A DNA stretch of 64,000 nucleotides from Squalus acanthias. Lineage: Eukaryota. Shown one piece after another: positions 37,810 through 49,557 of this stretch. The stretch's first letter is position 1. Every line of letters begins with the position of its first letter. Below the pieces are notes generated by a model, which searched no databases, was not told the DNA's origin, and was given only the letters and a program-made list of their open reading frames with translations. Position numbers and translations under genes: made by a program. The stretch is from positions 102,240,001-102,304,000 of the forward strand of contig CM059431.1 of NCBI GenBank assembly GCA_030390025.1, given 5' to 3'.

Positions 37810-38270
37810 TAGATTTGTATAGCGCCTTTAAAAAATAGTAAAATGTTCGAATGAGCGCTATCAAACAAAATTTGATACATAAGGAGATATTAGGACAGGT
37901 GACCAAAAGTTTGGTCAAAGTGGTAGGTTTGAAGGTGCGTCTTAAAAGGAGGGAGGGAGAGGTGGTGAGACGGAGAGGTTTAGGGAGGGAATTCCAGAGT
38001 TTAGGGCCTAGGCGGCTGAAGGTGTGGCCGCCAATGGTGTGGGATGCACAAGAGGCCAGAGCTGGAGGAAGGCAGAGATCTTGGAGGGTTGTAGGGCTGG
38101 AGGAAGTTAAAGAGATAGGGAGGGGCGAGACCGTGGAGGGAATTGAACACAGATGAGTTTTAAAATCGAGGCATTGCCGGACTGGGAGCCAATGTAGGTC
38201 AGTGAGCACTGGGTGATGGGAGACAATGGACTTGGTGCCAGTTAGGACACGGGCAGCAGAGCTTGGGATC
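37810..38270 (-). mobile_element. L2 LINE 3' fragment
   Basis: Peptide [16 protein letters not shown]...[10 protein letters not shown]. Confidence 0.8.
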
Positions 38271-38513
38271 AGCTTACCTTGGATCTACCCGGCAACCTCC
38301 ATATCTCCACCATCACAAACTTCTCACCACTCAGCCACACAATTTCTCTTCTGCAAAAAGTCCCACCCCCCCATCACCACTGTTCTTGCCAAAGTCCATT
38401 GTCTCTCTGATCCCAATGAATGAATTTCAAGGTCTCCATATTTAATTACCACTCCCCCCCTCCCCATGGCCTGACTCCACCCTTCCTGAGAAATCTCCAG
38501 CCAAGCACCCCAG

Positions 38514-38904
38514 CTCACTCCCTCTGTCCCTGAGATTCCAGGTTACTGCCGGCTCCTCACTCCCTCTGTTCCTGAGATTCCAGGTTACTGCCGGCTCCTC
38601 ACTCCCTCTGTTCCTGAGATTCCAGGTTACTGCCGGCTCCTCACTCCCTCTGTTCCTGAGATTCCAGGTTACTGCCGGCTCCTCACTCCCTCTGTTCCTG
38701 AGATTCCAGGTTACTGCCGGCTCCTCACTCCCTCTGTTCCTGAGATTCCAGGTTACTGCCGGCTCCTCACTCCCTCTGTTCCTGAGATTCCAGGTTACTG
38801 CCGGCTCCTCACTCCCTCTGTTCCTGAGATTCCAGGTTACTGCCGGCTCCTCACTCCCTCTGTTCCTGAGATTCCAGGTTACTGCCTGCTCCTCACTCCC
38901 TCTG
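38514..38904. repeat. 42-bp minisatellite, about 9.3 near-perfect copies
   Basis: Unit ctcactccctctgttcctgagattccaggttactgccggctc. Confidence 0.95.
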
Positions 38905-39096
38905 CTCCATTATCAGAGCCAATCATTCAGCCACTCCATCGCTGCACGCTGGATTTTTTTTCAAAACCACACTGCCTTGCATATCACTCTCTCCATGCCT
39001 TCAGACACCTGCTGAGAGCCTGTCTCTTTGACTGTACCTTCATTCCCTCATCCCACATTCTCCTCAGTTTCAATTGCTTTAACTTCTTGAAGCAAT

Positions 39097-39530
39097 CGCT
39101 TGATTGGCACCCCATCCACCACCTTAAACATTCACTCCCTCCACCACCTGCGTACCGTGGCTGCAGTGTGTACCATCTACAAGATGCACTGCAGCAACTC
39201 GCCAAGGCTTCTTCGGCAGCACCTCCCAAACCCACGACCTCTTCCACCTAGAAGGACAAGAGCAGCAGGCGCATGGGAACACCACCACCTCCAAGTTCCC
39301 CTCCAAGTCACACACCATCCTGACTTAGAAGTATATCGGCCGTTCCTTCATCGTCGCTGGGTCAAAATCCCGGAACTCCCTCCCTAACAGCACTGTGGGA
39401 GCACCTTCACCACACAGACTGCAGCGGTTCAAGAAGGCAGCTCACCACCACCTTCTCAAGGGCAACTAGGGATGGGCAATAAATGCTGGCATTGCCAGCG
39501 ACGCCCACATCCCATAAACGAATTAAAAAA
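39097..39530 (+). mobile_element. CR1/L2-supergroup LINE 3' end
   Basis: Matches 10868-11300. Confidence 0.8.
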
Positions 39531-39824
39531 CCAACTCCTCTCAGCAGGCACCTTTCCCTTAGTAAAGCATTCTTGTGATGCTGTTTGATGTGAGGAGAGC
39601 TATCTAAATATAACCTGCTGCTCATCCAAATAATTCAGCCAGGAAGTTACACAAAATACGGAACTTTGCCAGGTTTAATTTTTTTCTCAGTCTTTTTTCT
39701 AGAAGATTCTAGTTCAGCCTTGTGAATTTTTCATACAGTTGTGATCTCTTAATATCCAAATACATTCCATGTTCATCAACACTGAGGATACTGGTACAAA
39801 TAAACTAATCACAGATACCTCGTA

Positions 39825-41080
39825 TCAGCTCAGTGGGCAGCACCCTCGCCTCTGAGTCAGAAGATTGTGGGTTCAAGTCCCACTCCAGAGACTTGAGCAC
39901 AAAAATCTAGGCTGATACTCCAGTGTAGTACTGAGGGAGAGCCGCACTGTCGGAGGGGTAGTGCTGAGGGAGCGCCGCACTGTCGGAGGGGGCAGTGCTG
40001 AGGGAGAGCCGCACTGTCGGAGGGGGCAGTGCTGAGGGAGCGCCGCACTTCCGGAGGGGGCAGTGCTGAGGGAGCGCCGCACTGTCGGAGGGGGCAGTGC
40101 TGAGCGAGCGCCGCTCTGTCGGAGGGGGCAGTGCTGAGGGAGCGCCGCACTGTCGGTGGGGGCAGTGCTGAGGGAGCGCCGCACTGTCGGAGGGGCAGTA
40201 CTGAGGGAGCGCTGCACTGTCGGAGGGGCAGTACTGAGGGAGCGCCGCACTGTCGGAGGGGCAGTACTGAGGGAGCACTGCACTGTCGGAGGGGCAGTAC
40301 TGAGGGAGCGCCGCACTGTCGGAGGGGCAGTACTGAGGGAGCGCCGCACTGTCGGAGGGACAGTACTGAGGGAGCGCCGCACTGTCGAGGAGCAGTACTG
40401 AGGGAGCGCCGCACTGTCGGAGGGGCAGTGCTGTGGGAGTGCTGCACTGTCGGAGGGGCGGTACTGAGGGAGCGCTGCACTGTCGGAGGGGCAGTGCTGA
40501 GGGAGTGCTGCACTGTCGAGGAGCAGTACTGAGGGAGCGCCGCACTGTCGGAGGGGCAGTGCTGAGGGAGTGCTGCACTGTCGGAGGGGCGGTACTGAGG
40601 GAGCGCCGCACTGTCAGAGGGGCAGTGCTGAGGGAGCGCTGCACTGTCGGAGGGACAGTACTGAGGGAGCGCTGCACTGTCGGAGGGGCAGTACTGAGGG
40701 AGCGCTGCACTGTCGGAGGGGCAGTACTGAGGGAGCGCCGCACTGTCGGAGGGGCAGTACTGAGGGAGCGCCGCACTGTCGGAGGGGCAGTACTGAGGGA
40801 GCGCCGCACTGTCGGAGGGGCAGTGCTGAGGGAGTGCTGCACTGTCGGAGGGACAGTACTATAGGAGCGCTGCACTGTCGGAGGGACAGTACTGAGGGAG
40901 CACTGCACTGTCGGAGGGGCAGTACTGAGGGAGCGCTGCACTGTCGGAGGGACAGTACTGAGGGAGCGCTGCAGCGGTTCAAGGCGGCGGTTCACCATCA
41001 CCTTCTCAAGGGGCAATTAGGGATGGGCAATAAATGCCGACCTTGCCAGCGACGCCCACGTCCCGTGAATGAATTAAAAA
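39825..41080 (+). mobile_element. DeuSINE head plus 33/34-bp array fused to a LINE tail
   Basis: Array at about 39925-40970 runs directly into ctgcagcggttcaaggcggcg of the LINE 3' end. Confidence 0.8.
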
Positions 41081-42029
41081 CATTTCAGTAACCAGCAGAC
41101 AGGATTATAACCCTGGACTTCTATCAACAGCAATACACATATTAGTCAGTGCCTGTGAATGGTATCTCTGCCACTCAGGAAGGCAGCGATTTGCTGAAAT
41201 GTAAACTTTGCGTTGGGAACCGAAAACTCAGCACTTCCAAATCCCTCCAACACTCTATTCTCCTGGGGCCAAACACTACAATGTGCATCGTGATATCTGG
41301 CACACAGCAGCAGGTAGCGGTGCCAAGTTTATGTACGCTGGTGGATCTCTTGTGGCATCTCCAACAGCAAGTCAGAGGATATGTTGTATTAGAACGACAG
41401 GAGTCCGATAACATGAAACTTGAATTTTAATTAGCAGAATATTCTAAAGCAGGGACAGAGGTGAATTATTAGCAATTACATAAGAAATAGGAGCAGGAGT
41501 CGGCCATAAAGCCCCTCGAGCCTGCTCCACCATTCAATAAGATCATGGCTGATCATCGACCTCAACTCCACTTTCCCGCCCGATCCCCATATCCCTTGAT
41601 TCCCCTAGAGTCCAAAAATTTATCTGTCTCAGCCTTGAATATACTCAATGACTGAGCCTCCACAGCCCTCTGGGGTAGAGAATTGCAAAGATTCACCACC
41701 CTCTGAGTGAAGAAATTCCTCCTCATCTCAGTCTTAAATGTTACATAGAATTACCTCGAGTACACAGCGCAGAAACAGGTCATTCGGCCCAACTAGGCTG
41801 TGCTGGTGTTTATACTCCACACCAGTCTCCTCTCATTCCACCTACCTCATATCTCAGCCTTTCAGCATATCTTTCTATTCCCTTTTCTCTCATGTACACG
41901 TCTAGTTTCCTTTGGAAATCATCAGCGTGAAGAATGGCTGCCCTGGAGACTGGCATAATTTCCACGCTGCATCCTCAAGCCTGCTAATTATCACTCAGTA
42001 AGATTGGCAGTCAGTCATTCTGGCTTTAT

Positions 42030-42502
42030 AAAAGAGAGAAAGACTTGCATTTCTATAGCGCCTTTCACAACCACCGGACGTCTCAAAGCACTTTACAGCC
42101 AATGAAATACTTTTTGAAGTGGAGTCACTGTTGTAATGTGGGAAACACGGCAGCCAATTTGTGCACAGCAAGCTCCCACAGACAGCAATGTGACAATGAC
42201 CAGATAATCTGTTTTTGTTATGTTGATAGAGGGATAAATATTGGCCAGGACACCAGGAATAACTCCCCTGCTCTTCTTTGAAATAGTGGCCATGGGATCT
42301 TTTACGTCCACCTGAGAGAGCAGACGGGGCCTCGGTTTAACGTCTCATCCAAAAGACGGCACCTCCGACAGTGCAGCGCTCCCTCAGTACTGCACTGGGA
42401 GTGTCAGCCTAGATTTTGTGCTCAAGTCTCTGGAGTGGGACTTGAACCCACAACCTTCTGACTCAGAGGCGAGAGTGCTGCCCACTGAGCCACAGCTGAC
42501 AC
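42030..42502 (-). mobile_element. DeuSINE, full length, single 33-bp unit
   Basis: Complete head, core and tail; shows the unexpanded state. Confidence 0.9.
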
Positions 42503-43135
42503 TGGCATAATATCGCCTATTTTGATTGTCCATTCAAAAATGGACATTGCTCCATTTGTTTGCAATCTCTGCCACTCTTGCAAAGCACAAACATCATCTC
42601 ATTGATTTTGATCACTGCAGGTACGGTTCTAAGTCAGGAATAGCGCCAGGCTGTTGCGCTCCTGGGCACTGTGACCAATCCTTAACACTGCCCCCTTAAA
42701 ACCCCCAGCATCACTCAGTGCCCACCAAGCACTCTACATATGGCCTTGATGGCAGTGTCTGTGCTGTGCTGGGAATTCATACAATGGGAAATAAATCCAA
42801 TAAGCAATTCAGGAGGAAGTTCTTTACCCGGCAGTGAGAACATAGGGACAGGAGGAGGCCATTCAGCCCCTCGAGCCTGTTCCGCCATTCAATGAGATCA
42901 TGGCTGATCTGCGACCTAACTCCATATACCCGCCTTTGGCCCATATCTCTTAATACCTTTAGTTAACAAAAATCTATCAATCTCAGACTTAGAATGTGGA
43001 GCTCGCTACCACACGGGGTAGTTGAGGCGAACAGCATAGATGCATTTAAGGGGAGGCTAGATAAACACATGAGGGAGAAAGGAATAGAAGGATATCCTGA
43101 TAGGGTGAGATGAAGAGGGGCGGGAGGAGGCTCGT

Positions 43136-45085
43136 CATAGAGTCATAACGGCACAGAAAGAGGCCATTTGGCCCATCGAGTCCGTGCCAGCTCTCTGTAG
43201 AGCAATCCAGTCAGTCCCACTCCCCCGCTCTATCCCCGTAGCCCTGCAAGTTTATTTCCCTCAAGTGCCTATCCAGTCTCCCCTTGAAAGCATTGAGTGT
43301 GCCCACTTCCACCACTTCCGTCAGCAGCGAATTCCAGGTCCTCACCACTCGCTGCGTAAAAAAGTTTTCCTCACATCCCCCCTGTATCTCTTGCCCAAAA
43401 CCTTAAATCTGTGTCCCCTAGTCCTTGTACCATCAACTAGTGGGAACAGCCTTTCCCCGTCTAGCCTATCCAAACCCGTCATAATCTTGTACACCTCGAT
43501 CAAATCACCCCTCAACCTCCTTTGCTCTAATGAAAACAAATCCAGCTTCTCCAACCTGTCCTTGTAGCCAAGATCCCCCATCCCCGCAACCATTCTGGTA
43601 AATCTCCTCTGCACCCTCTCAAGGACCTTCACATCCCTCCTAAAGTGTGGTGACCAGAACGGGACGCAATACTCCAGTTGTGGCCTAACCAGCGCTTTAT
43701 AAAGGTTTAGCATAACATTTGTACTCAATAGCTCTAGTTAGGAAGCCCAAGATCCCATATGCTTTGTTAACCACTCTCTCAATATGTCCTGCCACCTTCA
43801 GGGACCTATGCACATTAACTCCCAAGGTCTCTCTGTCCCTGCACACTCTTTAAAACTGTGCCATTAAGTGTATATTGCCTCTCCCGGTTCCTTCTGCCAA
43901 AATGCATCACCTGACACTTCTCTGTATTAAATTCCATCTGCCACTTGTCTGCCCATTCTGCTAGCCTTTCTATGTCCTGTTGCAGTCGATTGGTATCATC
44001 CTCACTGTTTGCCACACCCCCAAGTTTGGTGTCATTGGCAAATTTAGAAATTCTACTCTGTATTCCAATATCCAGGTCATATATATATATCAAAAAAAGC
44101 AGTGGCCCCAGCACTGACCCTTGGGGAACACCACTGTCTACCATCCTCTAGTCTGAAAAACAGCCATTTACCACAACTCGCTGTTTTCTGTCCTTAAGCC
44201 AATTCCTTATCCAAGCTGCCACTGACCCACCTATTCCATGAGCCTCAATTTTGTTAACCAGCCTTCTATGTGGTACTTTGTCAAACGCCTTCCAAAAATC
44301 CATGTAGACAACATCCATTGCATTCCCTTCATCAATCCTCCCTGTTACTTCATCAAAAAATTAAATTAGATTAGTCAAACACAATCTGCCGTTTACATAT
44401 CCATGTTGGCTCTCCTTAATTAGCTTAAACCTCTCCAAGTGCACATTAATTTTTTCCTTAATTATTGTTTCTAAAACTTTACCCACCACTGATGTTACTA
44501 AGATTGTCCTTGCACCCTTTCTTGAACAAGGGTGTCACATTTGCCACTTTCCGATCCTCAGGCACCTCCCCCGCATCTAGGGAAGATTGTAAAATTATGG
44601 CAAGCCCTTCCGCTATCTCCTCCCCCAATTCCCTTAGCAACCTGGGATGCAAGCCATCTGGACCAGGCGACTTGTCCACTCTAAGCATTCCCAGCCTTTC
44701 TAGTACATCCTGTCTATCAATTTTCACCCCTTCCATTGCTTCTACCTTTTCCACTTCTACCGATATTTTGTCAGCGTCCACCTCCTTAGTAAGCACAGAT
44801 ACAAAGTACTCATTGAGTATTCTAGCCTTGCCCTGCGCATCTAAGCATACATCACCTTCTTTGTCCCTAATAGGCCCCACCCCGCCTCTGACTATCCGCT
44901 TACTGTTTACATGCCGTTGGAAGATTTTTGAGTACCCATTTTATGTTAACCGCCATTCTACTCTCGCATTCTCTCTTTGCCAATCTTATTTTCATCTTCA
45001 CATCCCCTCTTAACTTGTTGTATTTGGTCTGGTTCGTCCCTTGAAGAATTCACCTGACATGCATCATACACCCTCTTTTTTTTGT
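43136..45085 (-). mobile_element. CR1 LINE, about 1.9 kb, degraded ORF2
   Basis: Peptides KSPGPDGLHPRLLREL, SGVPQGSVLGP, KFANDTK and LVRPQLEYC across broken frames. Confidence 0.95.
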
Positions 45086-45402
45086 TTTGTGCGGCGCATA
45101 ACCACCGTAACGGCTCAGTTGGGCCGAATGGCCTGTTTCCGTGCTGTTAATACCATGTACAGGGCGAGCACTCTGTCTCTGTCTCTCTCAACCTGCCTCA
45201 GAATGAGAGTGGGTTTTCAGCTGGTTACTGTATGAGCGGTGTTTGAAAAATCAACAAATGCTCCATTTACTGGCAACTGAATCCAATCCCTCATTTTAAA
45301 CAGCGCCACACGGAGAGGAATGCTTGCAGATTGCGCAGACGGTTATTTTTAATTCCACTCTGATTTGATTTTGCATCGGTTAATTGCGGGTACAAAGCCG
45401 GG

Positions 45403-45968
45403 TACTCCCCAAAGCCTTTCCACCATCTACAAGGCACAAGTCAGGAGTGTGATGGAACACTCTCCACTTGCCTGGATGAGTGCAGCTCCAACAACACTCA
45501 AGAAGCTCGACACCATCCAGGACAAAGCAGCCCGCTTGATCGGCACCCCATCCACCACCTTAAACATTCACTCCCTCCACCACTGGCGCACCATGGCTGC
45601 AGTGTGTACCATCTACAAGATGCACTGCAGCAACTCGCCAAGGCTTCTTCGACAGCACCTCCCAAACCCGCGACCTCTACCACCTAGAAGGACAAGGGCA
45701 GCAGGCGCATGGGAACACCACCACCTCCAAGTTCCCCTCCAAGTCACGCACCATCCTGACTTGGAAGTATATCGGCCGATCCTTCATCGTCGCTGGGTCA
45801 AAATCCTGGAACTCCCTCCCTAACAGCACTGTGGGAGTACCAACACCACACGGACTGCAGCGGTTCAAGAAGGCGGCTCGCCACCACCTTCTCGAGGGCA
45901 TTTGGGGATGGGCAATAAATGCTGGCCTTGCCAGCGACGCCCACATCCCATAAAAATGAATTTTAAAA
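45403..45968 (+). mobile_element. CR1/L2-supergroup LINE 3' end
   Basis: Peptide YKAQVRSVMEHSPLAWMSAAPTTLKKLDTIQDKAARLIG. Confidence 0.8.
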
Positions 45969-46254
45969 AACGGCACATCAGATCAGTGGACCTCAATGAA
46001 AAACGCTGCAATGACGAGCTTTCACTTTAGTTACCCTCTCTTCACTTTGAGTTTTTCCATTAAAAAAAGAAAAAAATTTGCTTGCCACTGCTTTGTTTCA
46101 ATCAAATATGTAATTCAGTGAACTTTTCTGTTGCTGCCTCTGCCAATTTTCATTCCCTGTTGTCCTGAAGTTATAGATCCTAGCCGGGGTAAAGCTCTGT
46201 AGGAGTATTAATGAGCTATTCCACCATGGGATGCGTTACAGCAGAGCCCAATTT

Positions 46255-46760
46255 GGTTCATCCAAAACTCGGCTGCCCCGTGTCCTGACTCGCACCAAGT
46301 CCCGTTCGCCCATCACCCCCTCTGCTCGCTGACCTACGTTGGTTCCCGGTCCAGTAACGCAGCGGTTTCAAAATTCTCATCCTTGTGTTCAAATCCCTCC
46401 ATGGCCTCGCCCCTCCCTATCTCTGTAACGTCCTCCAGCCCCACAACCACCCCCCCCGCCCTCGCCGAGATCTCTGCGCTCTTCCAATTCTGGCCTCTTG
46501 CGCATCCCCGATTTTCAAAGCTCCACCATTGGCGGCCGTGCCTTCAGCTGCCTGGGCCCTAAGCTCTGGAATTCCCTCCCTAAACCTCTCCACCTCTCTC
46601 TTCTCCTTTAAGACGCCCCTTAAAGCCTACCTCTTTGACCAAGCTTTCGGTCACCTGTCCAATATCTCCTTATGTGGCTCGGTGTCAAATTTTATCTGAT
46701 AACGCTCCTGTGAAGCGCCTTGGGAGGTTGGAGCTATATAAATGAATGTTGTTGTTGTAG
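46255..46760 (+). mobile_element. L2 LINE 3' end
   Basis: Peptide [12 protein letters not shown] and a (ttg)n tail. Confidence 0.8.
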
Positions 46761-46767
46761 GCCTTCA

Positions 46768-47413
46768 TGGTATGTTGGCCTTCATAGCGAGAGGATTCGA
46801 GTACAGGAGCAAGGATGTCTTGCTGCAGTTGTACAGGGCCTTGGTGAGACCACACCTTGAGTATTGTGTGCAGTTTTGGTTGCCTTATCTGAGGAAGGAT
46901 GTTCTTGCCGTGGAGGGAGTGCAGCAAAGATTCACCTTACTGATACCCGGGATGGCAGGAATGACGTATGAAGAGAGATTGGGACGATTGGGCTTATATT
47001 CGCTAGAGTTTAGAAGAATGAGAGGGGATCTCATTGAAACTTATAAAATTCTAACAGGACTAGACAGACTAGATGCAGGAAGGATGTTCCCGATGGCGGG
47101 GAGTCCAGAACCAGGAGTCACAGTCTAAGGATAAGGGGTAAGCCATTTAGGACTGAGATGAGGAGGAATTTCTTCACCCAGAGAGTGGTGAACCTGTGGA
47201 ATTCTCTACCACAGAAGGCAGTTGAGGCCAATTCATTAAATAGATTCAAGAAGGAGTTAGATATATTTCTTAAGGCTAAAGGGATCAAGGGATATGGGGA
47301 GAAAGCAGGGACAGGGTACTGAATTTGGATGATCAGCCATGATCTCATTGAATGGCGGAGCAGGCTCGAGGGGCCGAATGGCCTACTCCTGCTCCTATCT
47401 TCTATGTTTCTAT
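46768..47413 (+). mobile_element. CR1 LINE 3' end
   Basis: ORF 46742-47128 is CR1 ORF2; tail ends ttctatgtttctatgt. Confidence 0.9.
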
Positions 47414-47674
47414 GTAGGAATGATGGGAGTGATCAGGAGCGAGAATCCAGGCCAATTTTCCCCTCCTTCACTCAAGAGCGCTGAGAACAATTACAGTGCG
47501 CCAATCACAGCCACAAACAGTGATGGCTGGGCACCAATGTACCCCCTGAAACATCGTTAAAAATAAGGCTGAGGGTTTTTTCTTTCTCATCTGCCCATCT
47601 CAGATGATTAAAAAGTCCAACCTGCTCGGTGTTGAGTCATCGTGGCACAATAACAATTTTATATAGGATCTCTC

Positions 47675-47890
47675 AATGGCTCAGTGTGCTCATCCAATGA
47701 GAAGCTATGCCACACACACACACACACACTAGAAAGTTCCCGTTTCAGTCCCTGATCGTGCCGAGGTAGATGGTGTCAGCCAGGTTAGACTGGCAGTATG
47801 GGGGGCGGGGACGGGCTACAATTAGCCTCAGCACCCTCCAGTTAGGGGAAGGGGAAAAATCGACTGGAGTTCTCGCTCCTGAGCGCCATC
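47675..47890 (+). mobile_element. Older, diverged SINE-like repeat of a second family
   Basis: tggctcagt head-like start; related reverse fragments near 11350-11475, 29240-29325, 47420-47505 and 53415-53535. Confidence 0.4.
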
Positions 47891-48163
47891 TGACAAACGC
47901 AACTCCGGACATCCCAGGACACTCTACAGCCAATGAAGTACTTTCGAAGTGCTGTCCCTGTTGTAGTCATGTGGGGTGTGTTACCCCTTAGGTGCCTGAC
48001 CTTTACAAAAAGAGAAAGCAAATTAACAATCACAGAAAGGAATAGAAGGATATGCTGATGGGGTGAGATGAAATAGGGGTGGGAGGAGGCTCGTGTGGAG
48101 CTTAAACACCGGCACGGACCAGTTGGGCCGAATGTACATTCGATGTCATTCTAAGCAAGTCTT

Positions 48164-48343
48164 ATGTAAGAAGTCGCACAACACCAGGTTATAGTCCAAC
48201 AGCTTTATTTGAAATCACAAGCTTTCGGAGCGGCTGCTCCTTCGTCAGGTGAAGATTTCAAATAAAGCTGTTGGACTATAACCTGGTGTTGTGCGACTTC
48301 TTACATTTGTCCACCCCAGTCCAACACCGGCATCTCGGCATCA
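48164..48343. mobile_element. 180-bp palindromic Penelope family-A terminal element with hammerhead motif (48215-48252, minus)
   Basis: Perfect 53-bp inverted repeat 48164-48216 and 48254-48306; TSD taagcaagtctt at 48152-48163 and 48344-48355. Confidence 0.85.
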
Positions 48344-49557
48344 TAAGCAAGTCTTGTTTGCCAACACTCAAGGTCAAGGACCACACACAAACAATTGCCA
48401 ACTGGTTAACATACTGGTGAGCTACCAGCGAGCAAGGGACTGGACCGCAACAAGGAGTTAACACTTTCAGGAAGGGAATTTTTTTTTAAAAACCCACAGA
48501 TTACAAGGGTTGCATTGAGAAATTTTCAGCTTCCATCTCCAGATGCTCTGGGAGCAGAGGCACAAGCACTTCCTACATCTTTCTTTCTCACAATACTGAA
48601 ACAAGGCTGTTTATTCTACCCATACCGAACCCTCTGCTCCATAAATAGAAGTGGTTATTCTTAAGTGGTCTGGCAGGAGGAAAAAAAAATATGGAAGTGA
48701 CCGACCGGCCATCCAGCAACACAGCACAGCACAGACACTGCAGGCAGCCGGGGCTCCAGCCTCCGAAAGCAGTAAAGAGAGAGACATGTTGGGCCCAAGA
48801 CCAAGGCGATGAGTGGGAATGACTCTGAATAAAACATTATTATTATTTTTTTTATAAAAGCTGGTGTGAATGAACAATGTTGGAAAGTTAGCCGCGGCCC
48901 TGCAATCACAGCAAGTGCCAAGAAAACTAACCAAACGAGCGATTCAGAAAACAACAGGACTTGCGAGACCGAGGGGGCAGCCCTAGAGAAAATGTTGTTG
49001 CAGGGCTCTGAGTAACAGCCACAGTGGGGAACACTGGCCGTCTTGTGTTCCTCCTGGATCGAGGACAAACTTGCTTGGGAAGTGGAGGGCACGTACCTTG
49101 CGGAATGAAGAGAGGGTTTATTTCTTTGGCCGTGGACTGGCTGTGTAATGAGAAGAGCGGTCAGAATATAACGCTGGAAAGCGAGGCTTCCAGCCAAGGA
49201 CAAAGACATTTGCGGTCATATTTCCTCTTCCTTTATTAGAGTGCAATCAATGGAGAGATAAATGACCGAATTAACCCTATTGGTGGTTGATCCAATGCGA
49301 ACACAGTTTAACAATTTGATGATTTCCACACCCCACTTTGTTGATTAGATGAATATATTTTCGAAGCATTACGCGAGATTGAAGTTACGTTCGCGGAAAG
49401 CTCCACTGGGACACAAGATCAAATACAGCACAAGAGGGATGAAATCTCCTCCTTGTGACAGCTGCGAAATGTGCCAAGAAAATTCTGTTTTTTTAATCAG
49501 TCTCTTACTGGCTCCCAGTGGACGTGAACCGCCGGGGACAGAAGTGGAATCGGAAGA

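Noticed and set aside
36667..38209. ORFs of 293-453 aa
   Set aside because: Polypurine tract plus an L2 remnant.
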